Below, in pieces: positions 38,998 to 52,400 of a DNA stretch of 64,000 nucleotides. The notes under the pieces were generated by a model. The model was not told the origin of the DNA, did not search any database, and was given only the letters and a program-made list of their open reading frames with translations. Numbering within the stretch: position 1 is the first letter of the stretch; each line of letters begins with the position of its first letter. Origin of the DNA: Gordius albopunctatus (lineage: Eukaryota). The translations under genes and the position numbers were made by a program. The stretch is from the NCBI GenBank assembly GCA_964276515.1, contig OZ193909.1:8928001-8992000 (forward strand). The letters run 5' to 3'.

Positions 38998-41900
38998 TAG
39001 TGATGGGAAAACCTCAGGTTTAAGGTTAGGTTAGGCTTTCCAGAAAACCTTGACCTCTTTAGAAACGCTAAAACCTGCCTCAAGGTTAGAGGTCAAAATT
39101 AACCTTAAAACCTCGAGGTTAATTAGAAGCTTAAAGCTTAGGTCAGAGCGTAAAATTAACCTGAACGCTTAGGTTAATAAATATTGACCTAGCCTAAGCT
39201 AAACCTTAAGGTTAATTTAATTCACCTAAGGTCAATATCTTTTTTTAATATACCGTAAAATTTCAACTTAACTGCGGTCTATTAGCACCTTGTCTGCTAT
39301 ATTTTCTACATATATAATAAATAATAGAAATTTTACAATTTATTCCAATTAAAAGTAAGGCAAATTAAACAAAAAATATAATATAATTTTAATCTATTTG
39401 ATTTCTTTAATTCTTAAGAAAAAAATTGCGATTTGTGTTTTTAATACATACCTACCTCTATCGAGTGTTTTATTTTTAATTGCCACCATTTTGTAACATA
39501 TTCCTTTTGTGTGCCATGTAGCGTGACCCCACGGCCCCACTCAACAGTAAGCTAAATAAAATTGCGCCTTCACATAATACCATATGTGTTTCATATATTG
39601 TATTCTACATGGATCACCTACTAGTAGTTTCGTTTCCGCTGTAACTTCCGCCTGTGCACATGTTTTAGCATGCTTACCTAAGATGATAAAGAACTAACCC
39701 TAACATCATGATAATGTCTTCCCCAAATAATTCTATTCAAATATTTCCAACTCAACCTGATTTAACAAACCTTCAAGTAATATATATTTTTTAATATTAT
39801 GTTTGGAACTAAATTTTAAAATGTGTACTATATTCTTATCAATTGAATGATCCTAATGACAATTTGCAGAGTACCCCAAATAAATCGAACACGAATGTGG
39901 CTAGAAAAAGTTGCTACATTTGGACCCCAACCAAATCTAGGAAAAAGTGTACTCGCTGTCCTAAGCATTTCAATCAAAAGACATCAACTAGTATGCTATT
40001 TTAACGAATTTGAATTATTCTAATATCACGGGACAGTTTCACTATTTTCTAAATTCAATCGATAGGTAATATACAACGACACTTCAAAATCCCCCATGGT
40101 GACATTGATGCGGACATCGGAAAAGAACAAAGTCTGTATAATGAAACCCTCAAAACTTACCAACTGGATATTATCAATAAAAATATCCTAAATTTAGTAA
40201 TTTGCCAATATTTAAGGATTAAAATCTTCGACTCCCCTCATCTAAAAAATATTCTACGTTAATTTAATTCTACCGTCACAATATGGTGCAAGAAAACTGG
40301 GAGTAAAGAGCTAGAGAAACTTTTTGAAATGGAACATAAAGAAGTCAAAAACATTGTAGCCACTCTTCAATCAAAGATTGCCATTACGACGGACTTATGG
40401 AGGTCGGTAAAAAACACATCCTTCATGGCCGTAACGGCGGCCCATTATATTAACGACTCTTGGAAGCCTAAATCACTTTTGTTGGATATAGTAGAAGTAT
40501 ACCACCCCCATACTGCAAATATCCTTTATCATCAATTATCGAATGTCTTTGAAGAATACGGGATAACGGAGAAAATAGGATCAATTACAACAGACAACGC
40601 CGCAAACGAAATCGGCGCTGTTAACCTATTTAGAAACTCCATGAAAACTGTTGTATATCATCGAAGATGTGCTTGTCACATAATCAACCTCGTGGTAAAG
40701 GATGGTTTATCGGTGATTGAAGGGCCGCTCGAGAAAATGTATATTCTCGTAAGAACCATGAAAAGATCTCCTTCTTTAAGCGAGGAGTATTTAAAATTGG
40801 CAAAGACAAAGATCCCCCAGCCGAATAACACACGTTGGAATTCAACGTACTTGATGTTGGCTGAGGTTAATAAAGTATATTAAATCTAATATTTTTTAGT
40901 TTAATTTTTAACTAGAATGTGGCCTGTCTCAATATTATCGCTGATAAAAACATTGGGGATAAGAGCCTAATGTTTTCCACCGAAGAAATCAGCCTGCTCA
41001 AGGATGTGGAGGATCTTTTAAAAAATTTCTATGCGACCACAGTGGATATGAGTTGCCAGTCGAACAATACAGTTGGCTCGGTGCTCTTATATTTTGAAGA
41101 TATGTTGAAAGATCTTGAACTCCAAAAAATTAATAACGCTAATCCAATTATTCTTGCCTCGGTCGATAAAATGATTAGAAAATTAAAGAATTACATGCCA
41201 TACCTAACTTGTTTTGAAAATTATGCTTGCTCATTTCTCGACCCTAGGATGAATGAAAACTTAATTCCAACAGTTTTAAAAAGCACGTCATTTTCTGATC
41301 AGTTCTACGACCTTTTTAAAAATGAATACGCAATAGGCGTAAATCAAGGTTCCTCCATCAAATGCTCCCATTTAAACCGAATTGCCTTAAGAAAATCATA
41401 ACATATTAATTTTTGACCTAAAATATTTGATTATTTTAGGCTTGACGCCAATCCTAACAACTTCAACTTAGAAAATGACGAAGCCCTGAAATATTCTCAA
41501 AAGTCACGAATATCGATTGATAGCGATCCCTATGCATGGTGGGCTGGAAATGCAAGTGAATTACCTAATCTTGCAATTATGGCCAGATCCTTTTTGGCGC
41601 AGCAAGCGTCCTCACGTCCTCAGTGGCCGCCGAAAGAATATTTTCCAAAGCAGGAGATATTTTAACAAAAAAACGATCTCGGATGTCTTCCGGGACTTTT
41701 AAACATATATTATGTTTAAACAATTGGCGGATAAATTTACATTTTATTTATGCTTAGTAAAATTGAAATTTATGTTACGCATAAAAACTATTTTATTGCA
41801 TAGATATATTCAATGTATATTATAACAGAATAAAATTGGTATAAAAACATCTCAAGAGTTATTGCTACAAAAATTTTGGAAAAATAATTTGTTAATTCTT

Positions 41901-42850
41901 ACACAGCATTTAATATTTCGACTTCCGGTACCGACCGAGAGATTTTTGCAAAGTAAAACTTAATAATTGAATTATGACGTATGGTATTTCAAACTTTTAT
42001 TAATAAGTAATAGTATTAACTAACCCGATGCAACTAACATCATCATAACAGACTACCATCACTTTAAAATTCTTAGTTTTTTTTCATTAAATTGATAAGT
42101 TTTTATTTTGATTGATCTTCTAAGTTTTTTAATTAAAATGCTTATTTTTTTAATTTTAAGCTAGAAATTTTAATCAAACAGGTGAGTATTAAAAAAAGAT
42201 AAAAAGGGCAAAGTTTTATTTGCAATGATTTCGATAATTTTTTATTTATTAACCTAACATATATTTAAATACTTAGCATAATATATTTGAATAATGCTTA
42301 GCATATAATTTAAATACTTAGCAAATAAATAAAAAAAATTAGCAAACTATCATCAGTCAGTCACGCCACGCACGCTACATGGCATTGCACACAAAAAGAA
42401 TATGTTACAAAATGGTGGCAATTAAAAATAAAACACTCGATAGAGGTAGATATGTATTAAAAACCCAAATCGCAATTTTTTCTTAAAAATTAAAGAATTG
42501 AAATAAATTAAAATTATATTATATTTTTAGTTTAATATAAATTGTAAAATTTCTATTATTTATTATATATGTAAAAAATATAGCAGACAAGGTGCTAAAA
42601 GACCGCAGTTAAGTTGAAATTTTACAGTATATAAAAGAAAATTGACCTTAGGTGAATTAAATTAACCTAAACCTTTAGGCTAGGTCAATATTTATTAACA
42701 TAGGCGTTTAGGTTAATTTTACGCTCTGACCTAAGCTCTAAGCTTCTAATTGACCTCGAGGTTTTTAGGTTAATTTTGACCTCTAACCTTGAGGCAGGTT
42801 TTAGCGCTTTAAAAGAGGTTAGAGGTTTTCAAGGAACCTCTAACCTAACC
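38998..42850 (+). mobile_element. hAT (Ac-type) transposon with ~500-bp terminal inverted repeats and a degraded intron-containing transposase gene
   Basis: Left end tagtgatggg; ~39024-39525 is the reverse complement of ~42370-42850. Transposase ~39708-41750: BED finger (CTRC...HFKIPH, split by intron ~39991-40065), AITTDLW, ITTDNAAN, RCACHIINL, TRWNSTYLML, 41-nt intron 40875-40915, FLDPR, WW...LPNLAIMARSFL...AERIFSKAG. Confidence 0.9.
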
Positions 42851-42866
42851 AAAGGCTGACCTTGGC

Positions 42867-45829
42867 GTGGTAAAACATAATACACAACATCATATAGAAT
42901 CAAAAGGACCTCCAATATTCTCCAAACCAAGACGGTTGAATGAGGAGAAACTTAAGGTAGCAAAAAAGGAATTCATGCACATGTTGAATTCAGGCATCAT
43001 CAGAGCATCCAATAGCTGCTGGGCTTCACCACTCCACATGGTACCAAAAAGGAACAATGAGTGGAGACCATGTGGAGATTATCGAGCCCTCAATATAAAA
43101 ACAATTCCCGATCGTTATCCTCTACCCCACATACATGATTTTTCCCTCTCCATGAAAATAAAAAGTATATTCACTAAAATAGATTTAATAAGAGCTTATC
43201 ATCAAATACCAATGGCACCTGAAGACATCAAAAAAACTGCCATCATAACCCCTTTCGGTCTTTTTGAATTTTTACGCATGCCTTTCGGGCTCAGAAATGC
43301 CGCACAATCATTTCAAAGATTCATAGATAATGTTCTCAGAGGATTGAATAACACATTTACTTATTTTGATGACATCTTAATTGCCAGTTCTTCTCTAACA
43401 GAACACAAAATCCACGTCGAACAGGTAATCCAACGATTATTCGATAATGGTATAAATGTCAACTTACAAAAATGTAAATGGGGTGTAAAGGAACTTGAAT
43501 TTTTAGGACACATCGTCACGTCTCAAGGGTTAAAACCTATACCCGATAAAATAGACACAATTGAAAAATTTCCGATCCCAACTACAATGACACAATTGAC
43601 AAGATTTATTGGCATGATAAATTTTTATCGACGGTTTATTCCTAAATGTGCAGATATCCTCAAACCTTTAACCGATCAACTTGACGACACCAAAAGACCA
43701 ATCGAGTTAGCACAAAAAGCAAAGGAAGCATTTATTCAGGCAAAAAAGGCTCTTAAACAAATAACTAGTCTATCTCATTTAGACGAAAGGAACAAAATAT
43801 CACTTACTACGGACGCTTCAAATTACGCCGTAGGAGGAGTTCTCCAACAACAAACTTCAAACGGTGATATTCTACCACTCGCTTTCTTCTCAAAGAAACT
43901 TTCACTAACTCAAACACGCTATAGCACCTTCAGCCGAGAACTACTGGCCATTTATCTTATGATAAAATATTACAACCATGTTCTCAAAGGACGACATTTC
44001 ACAGTATATACTGACCACAAACCCTTAACTTATGCACTTAAGGCAAAGTCAGACAAATACTCTCCTCGTGAAATTCGTCAACTGGACTACATATCTCAAT
44101 TCACATCGGACATCCAATATATCCGAGGTAACACAAACATTGTGGCCGATACTCTGTCACGTACAGACATTGATACAATCCAACTCCTAGCATCACAGTC
44201 ATTGCTGGAACTAATAGCTACGAGACAAAAACTTGAAAATTACACAAATGATGAAATGAAATCCTTAATATTGGAACAATTCCCAATACCAGATTCCAAA
44301 CAAAATATCATTTGTGATGTCTCTCAAGCAACGCCACGACCCCTAGTACCTGCTACCTTGCGACATACAGTTTTTAATCAATATCACGGATTATCACATC
44401 CGGGTATCAATTCAACCTTAAAACTTATTTCAAAACGTTTTGTCTGGCCTAAAATGAATCATGATGTACGAAGATGGGCTCAGCAATGTCATAATTGCCA
44501 GGTCAGCAAAATACATAAACATGTTATTTCTACGCCAGGTACATTTAACCAACCAGATGCTCGATTCAGCCATGTCCACCTAGACATCGTTGGCCCCTTA
44601 CCACCATCCAATGGTTACAACTATATTTTTACAGCCATAGATAGATACACCCGGTGGCCAATAGCAATACCTATAAAAGATACCTCTGCCGAAACTGTAA
44701 GTAGTACATTTTTAACACATTGGATAGCAAACTTCGGCGTCCCAAGTACGATAACAACCGACAGAGGATCCCAGTTTCGTTCAACGCTATTCCGACAATT
44801 TTCCCAACTTCTTTGTTATCATCACATAACTACAACTGCCTATCACCCACAAGCCAATGGGCTGGTCGAACGTTTCCACCGTCAATTAATGAGTTCGATC
44901 ATGGCAAAAAACAACACTAACAAATGGTCCGAATCACTTCCGTTGATATTACTAGGCATTAGAACGACAATCAAAGAAGATCTAGCCTGTTCTAGTGCTG
45001 AACTAGTATATGGGACTACCATACGTCTTCCGGGCGACTTCATACGTCACTCGACAGCAATGCTAGCGAGTTTGTACAACGCCTTAGACACCATTTCGAC
45101 AACGTACGTTTTTCACCACCACGTCAGCCTAACACTAAACAACATATCCCTACCGATTTGTTTTCTACACCTTACATTTTTATCAGAACTGATAAAGTTC
45201 GAAAAAGCTTATCCCCACCATATGAAGGCCCTTTCAAAGTTATTGATAGACAAACTAAATACTTTGTGGTAGACAGAAACGGGAAAGATGATAACATTTC
45301 TATCGATCGGTTAAAACCAGCTTATACTGAATCAGTCAACCATACTGAACCACTCTTAAAAGGCCCGCTCATTCAAACCAAACCTTCCACCTCTACGTCT
45401 ACAACAACCTCAACTAACACTACAACAAATCATACAACAACAAAATCAGGACGAAAAGTGCATTGGCCAGTTAAATTAGCTGAATACATATATTTTTAGC
45501 ACTCCTTGCAAACTGGAGGAGGAATTATATGGTTACCTAGGCAATTTGAATAAAGCAACTCGCATCGGTTACCTAGGAAAAAAAACTTAACCTTTATTAT
45601 TCAAATATTCATACACCTTAATCATAAAAATGAATACATTCAAGTATTTGAATGTCTGACAATTCAACGTTATTATTCACACAAATAACCTCGTCAGATG
45701 TGTATATAAACGCGATATTTGAAAAGTATTTATTCATTTGTTTTGGCTTTCTATTATTTGGAAATAAAATAGTTGTTTGTTCTCCTACATTTCTTTGTTT
45801 AATAAATACTATATTTATTTTACTATATA
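42867..45829 (+). mobile_element. Gypsy/Ty3 LTR retrotransposon, 5'-truncated: near-intact RT-RNaseH-integrase, PPT, 3' LTR
   Basis: 801-aa [60 protein letters not shown]...[33 protein letters not shown]. One frameshift before [12 protein letters not shown] ggaggaggaa 45515-45524; LTR inferred 45526-45829. Confidence 0.95.
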
Positions 45830-46455
45830 GGACTTGAGCAGCAACAGGTATAATTCCGCCCGGGGTTGGATCAATGGTCATTTTGCTTCGAAGCTCGACT
45901 CAACTCCGCGACTAAATTAATCAAAATTTAGCCTAAGCCTGACCCGAAACTCTCTCAGGGTGGTCTATAGGCTTTGGCAATTTTGGGTTTAGGGTGGCAC
46001 TTGCATGGCTCTAGGTTTAACCATCCAAAAAATTTAAGTTTTTTTTTATAATTTTGCATCCGCCCCTAAATAAACAAAAAAGCAGTATTTTTTATAATTT
46101 ACATGTATTTTAACCAATACATTTGGACTAAATGTCTAGCGCGAATTTGGATTATTACATATAAAATTTGGATAATTTTAATTTGTTTTTGCAATTTATA
46201 TATTTGAAAGGGGTAAAAAGACATATTTTGCAAGTTCAAACTACTTAGTTCAAAATCTTGATGCAGAGGAAAAACTAAAAATCTATTTATATTCGCGAAA
46301 AAACATCTTACCAAAAGTTTGCTAATAGTTATTTGGTTTATATTACAAGACCATAATTTTTTCACTCGTGTTTTTAATGAAGAGTATTCTGGTCATTGAT
46401 ATGTCGAATGTTTTAACACATTTGTCTATAACCTTAAAATTAATATAAAATACGC

Positions 46456-49400
46456 ATGCCCGTTTTTCATACAAAAACTATAGAAAGTATTCTGGGGCCT
46501 GTTGCTGATCAAGTTATGATTAGGCTGAGTCATTGTTTTATAAAAATATTTATATATTTTATAACTATGGTTACGAAATTAATGCCTATTATATAAGGTT
46601 TGTTATAAACAAAATGGTTCAAATTATATAGTTTACTTTTATTTTAATTAGCAGAAATTAACTTTTGTTTCGATATGCATAAATTATAAAAAAATTTTGT
46701 TTGTTTAAATTAGTAAGTTTGCTATTTAATTTAGATATTAACCAGTTTATTCATTAATATATAGGTTTTTTATGTAACATTTGTTATATATCTAACTGAA
46801 ATTTAGATATTTCTTTCATACAAATTTATTTTTTTTAATTTTGTATATCAATTAATAATTTATAAAAAATCAACTTTATTATATGATAATTTAGACACTA
46901 TCAAACCTCAAAGTTTGCATCATTATTTCATAAAGTATATATCTAAAAAATAAACACACCTTCCATCAATGATTTATATTAAAGCTATGATATGCAATAT
47001 TTTATATAAATTTTTTAAAGAGCTAGATGCTAATTTTTTTTTATAAATATTGTAGAATGAATATAGGCTGGTTTTTCAAATATTCTAATCATTCAGCTTA
47101 TCAAGCTAATGGCATTTTATTTAACAAAAGTGTGACAACACAAATTTTGTTTAGATACATATATCAATCTTTTGAATTTGAAAAGAATTGCATTGCTTAA
47201 ATTAAAAAATCTATTTTATTCTGGTCTTATTCATATCCTACGTTATTTCCAAATGAACCATTAATTTGGTAACATATTATAAAAATTAACTTTTTGATAA
47301 TTAACCAAGCCATGCCATTCTAAATCTTATTTTGATACCTTGATTATTTTATTATTTACCAAAATCTTGAATTTTGTAGTCCTCCTTGACAAATTCAAAT
47401 GAATGTCTACCAAATTTTTTTTAATTTAGCATTTTCAATTAGCTATATGTAATAACATCTTAAAAACAAATAAATTTGTATACTCTGTTAAAAGATCTAT
47501 TAGTTTTTGAAAATAAAATTTGAATGGCAAATACTCAGCCCTTTCATTTTTATGATTTTTATAAAGAGTTAATGTTAAAACCTTATTATCTTGGATCTAT
47601 CATAAAATATGTTGTTTTAATTTTTAAATGTAGATTTCTTATAATGTCCCTTGAAAGAACAAGTGAGGTTTATGTATTTTTGATATGAGACCAAAACTTT
47701 TCAGTAATTTTGATGTTTTAATTTTTAATAACTTTTTAATATTTGCTTCAATAGATTTTTACTTTATAGTTTTTTTGACCTAAGAGTTTTATAGAATTTT
47801 CTATCTTCTCATATGAATTTATAGTCACATTTTACAACCAAGATACTTTTAAAATTATACATTTGATATCTTCATCTTAACATGTGTTTGGTCCCAGTGT
47901 CACGGGGTTTGTTTTCATAAGTTTTTCCATCAAAATCTGGTTAAAACCATGTCCTTTATCCACGTCCCCTTTCCATGTAACACCAAGTTCCTCTTCCTCT
48001 CACCTCCATGTCAAATACTTTTTGAATTACAATAATTTTTTAATTTATACTTAAGGAGAAATATAAGGTCAGGTCTAATTAATCATTTTTTTAAGTGGTG
48101 TACAGAAGCTAAATTTTATATAAATTCTATTTTAAATATTGATATAAAATTTGGTCAAATTTCTTAGTTTTTATTATAAAAATATTGTCCTTAAATTTAA
48201 GTTAGTATTATTGACATATTTTATTATTAAACAATTTCAAGTTTTCTTAAGTAGCATATTATTTTTACAATAAAACGTATATAATTTTTTTCAAATTTAG
48301 GTTTATGATTTTTTATTCACAAATTTTATAATACGTTTCAATATAAAAATTATGATTGTATTCAAAATAACATAACTCTTATTTTGTTAACATCTTCCAC
48401 CTTTAATTGTTATTTAGTTAAGATTTTTATCTCGATCACACATTTTGTTCAGAGATATTGATTTATACCCATAAACCTTGATGTAAATATTATTTTTGTC
48501 CACAAAACTCATTCACAAATAATAATTTGATGTATTTGTGTGTTCACAATGGTTTTTGTTTGTAGGTATCACGTTTAGTTATATTGCATGAAGAAGCCGA
48601 GGATGGAAATGGAATGCCAAATTTGGAAAAACCTGTGCACGCAGTTAGCAAGGCAGTTGATAACCTTGTCCGGGTATTTTTTCTATTAATGCTTCGTGTT
48701 TAGTGTCTACTCTAAGCTTTAAATATTTTCGGAATTTTTAAAAACTTGTAATTTATATTACCAATTAATTAAAAATTTATTTTCTATACTTGTTTAGTTT
48801 TTAAATAATATGGATCTTAATTTGTGAAATATGCCAAATTTTGATATATATTTTTTTGCTTTTTTGAGATTTATTATTATCCCAGATGTGCTTCTCACAC
48901 CAAATTTCTATGCAATTTATTTTGCTTAAGAGATCTAACAAATTACTTTTACTTCAAATTAAAAATTTTTTTAGCCGTAATGCTGTCACAAATATCAATG
49001 AAACTATTTTATATGATATTGCACACAAAAATGCACCTCAAAAAGGAAGAAAGAATGTAGTAGTTTTTGATAAATGCTACATAAAATCAAATTTCGAATA
49101 TAATTATTTTGTCCATCTTAATCGTTGATGTAAGAAGAAGGGTTGCAACTATTATTGATCATATATAATCAATATTTATTTTTGATAAGGATTGTTCTAA
49201 ATTGTAATTTTCAGTCTTAAATTCAAACGGCATTAAAAACATTTAATTTTAGGCCCGTTCGAGCCCGTTTAAGTTGCCTTACCTGCCCGAGTCCGACCCG
49301 TTACTTTTTTAATATTAAAGCCCGTCCGTTCCCCGCGGGCCGGGCTTTTAAACCCGTATATCGGTTGGGCTTGTCCGTGCAGATCTCTAGTCAAGATATC

Positions 49401-52400
49401 CACTTTCGTATTTCCACGCTTTTTCGAACAATGGTTTGTCACTACTGACAAATTTACGTTAATTTAAACTGCGAACAAGCGACAACAAACGGCAAAACCT
49501 TTTTTTTTTATTAAATCTTGTCTCTAATAAACCCCGAATTTCTTAAGTTTTAAATGTTAACCGATTTGACTCTAATTTTTGATTCCTCTTATTTGAATTA
49601 AAATATGGTTATTAATTGTTACTACCGGTTAACCCTTGATTTAAAGAATATTCCAATTTTAAGTACGCAATTATTAAATGGTCGTGGTCGTGATAAACAT
49701 ATTATTGACTTATTTGATCCATGATTTTTATACGAAGACATCTCTAAGATTTTTAATTTTTGGGTTCTAAAACTTAAAAAATAAATATAAGGCTTTCTGT
49801 AGTTTCATGGTATTGCTAATTTCTAGAGGACCAAAAGGAATATTAAAAAATTTGCCTAAAATTTTTTGTTGTATTTCACTATTTCGTGTTATACTGGTCC
49901 TTTGAAATTCTCAAATTGCCTTTGGTACCTATTGAACATCTTGTTAATATTACGTTTTAGGTGCAATTTTTTAATCAACTTGCGTTGCCGTTATTTGTAT
50001 CGATTAACTACATCATTAATTTGAGACTGTAGTTAAGCAGTTTCACTTTACAGTCTAACTTTAATGTCTAGTCACGTTTAATATACTGTTAATATATATG
50101 TATTTTTAATGTTGAATCAAGGTGGGGAAGCAAACGTGTAATAGCAGCGATGACAACATTTTGAAACAAGATATGCCCATCGCAATGCATCGGGTAGAGG
50201 AGGCCTCTAAATTTCTCGAACAAGCATCTACACTTTTAAAAAATGATCCATTTTCATTTCCTGCCCGCAAAAAATTAATTGAAGGAGCTCGAGGTTTTTA
50301 TAAAATATTTTCATATTAGGTAATTAAAATGCATTTTTATCTACAAGACAATGTTACAAATTTTTTGCAATCGTTTATTATGGTACAACTCTAGCATCCC
50401 ACTCTTAAAATTTTATGATTTTTATATTTAAACTTTCACAAACCTTGTGATAATCATGTAATGGTTATTCCAAGTTCACATATAACTGGGCAAATGCGAA
50501 ATACTCGGCCACATGCTTATTTTTATAATTATTACATAAATAAGCATCTAGTCATAAAATTTTGTTGTATTTGCATGATAAATCACAAAGAACATACAAT
50601 TCACCTCTTAAATTAAAACAACGATTTATATTATCTAAAGTGTGTGAAAAGACGGTTTATTTAAAACTTGTTTGCATAATTTTTAAAAGGCATTTTACAG
50701 GGGACCTCATCTCTTCTGCTTGCTTTTGACGAATCTGAAGTACGAAAAATTATAGTGTATTGCAAAAAGGTTTTGGAATATTTGTCAATCGCCCAAGTGA
50801 TTGAGACTATGGAAGACTTGGTTCAGTATGTTAAGGTAAGCTTCGCACATATTTGTATAAATCTAATTATATCGATGAGAATTATATTGGGTTCACTATT
50901 TTGTATCAAGGATTTAACCCCGAGTCTGACTAACGCAACAAAATTTGTCAATGATCGAGAAAAGGAGTTAACTCACCAACTTCATAAAGAAACGCTGCAA
51001 CGGTGTCTTAATAATATCAAAGATCAGACTCCACTTTTGATTTCAAGCATGAAAATCTATATTCAAATCCTGAAGCAAGGTGTTACTACAAATTATTTAA
51101 TTAAAAAAAATACATTTTATATCTAAATTTGGGCAATAAGCAAGGGATTTGGAGTAGAAACACCTAAGATTTTTGCTATTATTTAAATTAATTTACTAAC
51201 GTAGGTAGATTTTTTAATCTTGTATTTCAATTCACACCTACCATTTATGATTAAAGTGTTTGACAAAATCTTACACCTCTAAGGGACGCTATTAAAAACT
51301 GTATTTTATTTTATTTCGGTTAATTTAAATTTACATTAATCAACTCTCAAGTTGTATATATTATTTTATCTTCTATAATTTAACTTATTTTAAACGCTTT
51401 TGTGTGGCCTCTTTTAATTGTATTTTGCTTTGCAACGATCATGGTCATATATTTAAAGTTTAGAAATTGGTTCTTGCCCTTAAACTTTTTAAATAATGAT
51501 CACATAGCTTTTGTTTATCAGTTATAAATTATTATTGTATATAAGTAACTAAACAATTAAATTCTATATAAAGATAGGGTTTTAAATGCACTCTAGGTGG
51601 GTGAGCTTATTGGGGCCAATTTAAAAATTATTGTAAAATCAGTAAGAATTATTCAAATTTTTACGTCAATTTTTTTATAAATATGTTAAGGAAGGTTTTA
51701 AGTACAAAAAAATTAAGTTTTGACGCTCATTTAAATTTATTTAAAATTTCTTTGCTCTTTATAATTAAGTCGACTTATATACAATTTTAATATATCTCTA
51801 TATTTTTATAAGTTGTTAAACCTAAAAAAGACTACTTTTATTATATTAATATGTCGTTCTTATAACAAAACTTTAATTTAAATTTCATGTGACCACATCA
51901 CTTAGATCGATGATTTGCGCATATATGCATATAGGTAACGGGGTAGAAGAATCTCGAGCCAACCGCGATTATCTCGTCAATTGCATGACGGAAAATGTGG
52001 AAGAAATAATCCGCATACTGCAATTAACCTCTTTCGACGAAGATGAATGGGTCCCGGATCAGGCATCCTACCTAAAAAAATCTTTGGTAATTGTATATTC
52101 ACAAACTAGTGGTTAAATGGTGTTTTTAGCTATTTTTCAAGATAAAACTAGGATAAGCTTTCTCCCTTCTATTGCCTTCCTCTCCATTTATGTGTAATTT
52201 ATTCTTTGTTGGTAAAATTGGTTATGTACAGTTCAAAGTTTGATCGCCATAATTTTTTGTGTTCTGGAATTGAGACTGAAACTAGCACTCATTATTTGAA
52301 ATATAAATTAGTTTTTTTTCCCTTTTCACTATAACTATGATTGTATAATAATCATATAGGCAGAAATGGAAGGATGATTTATGTTAGATTGAAGTCGCTA

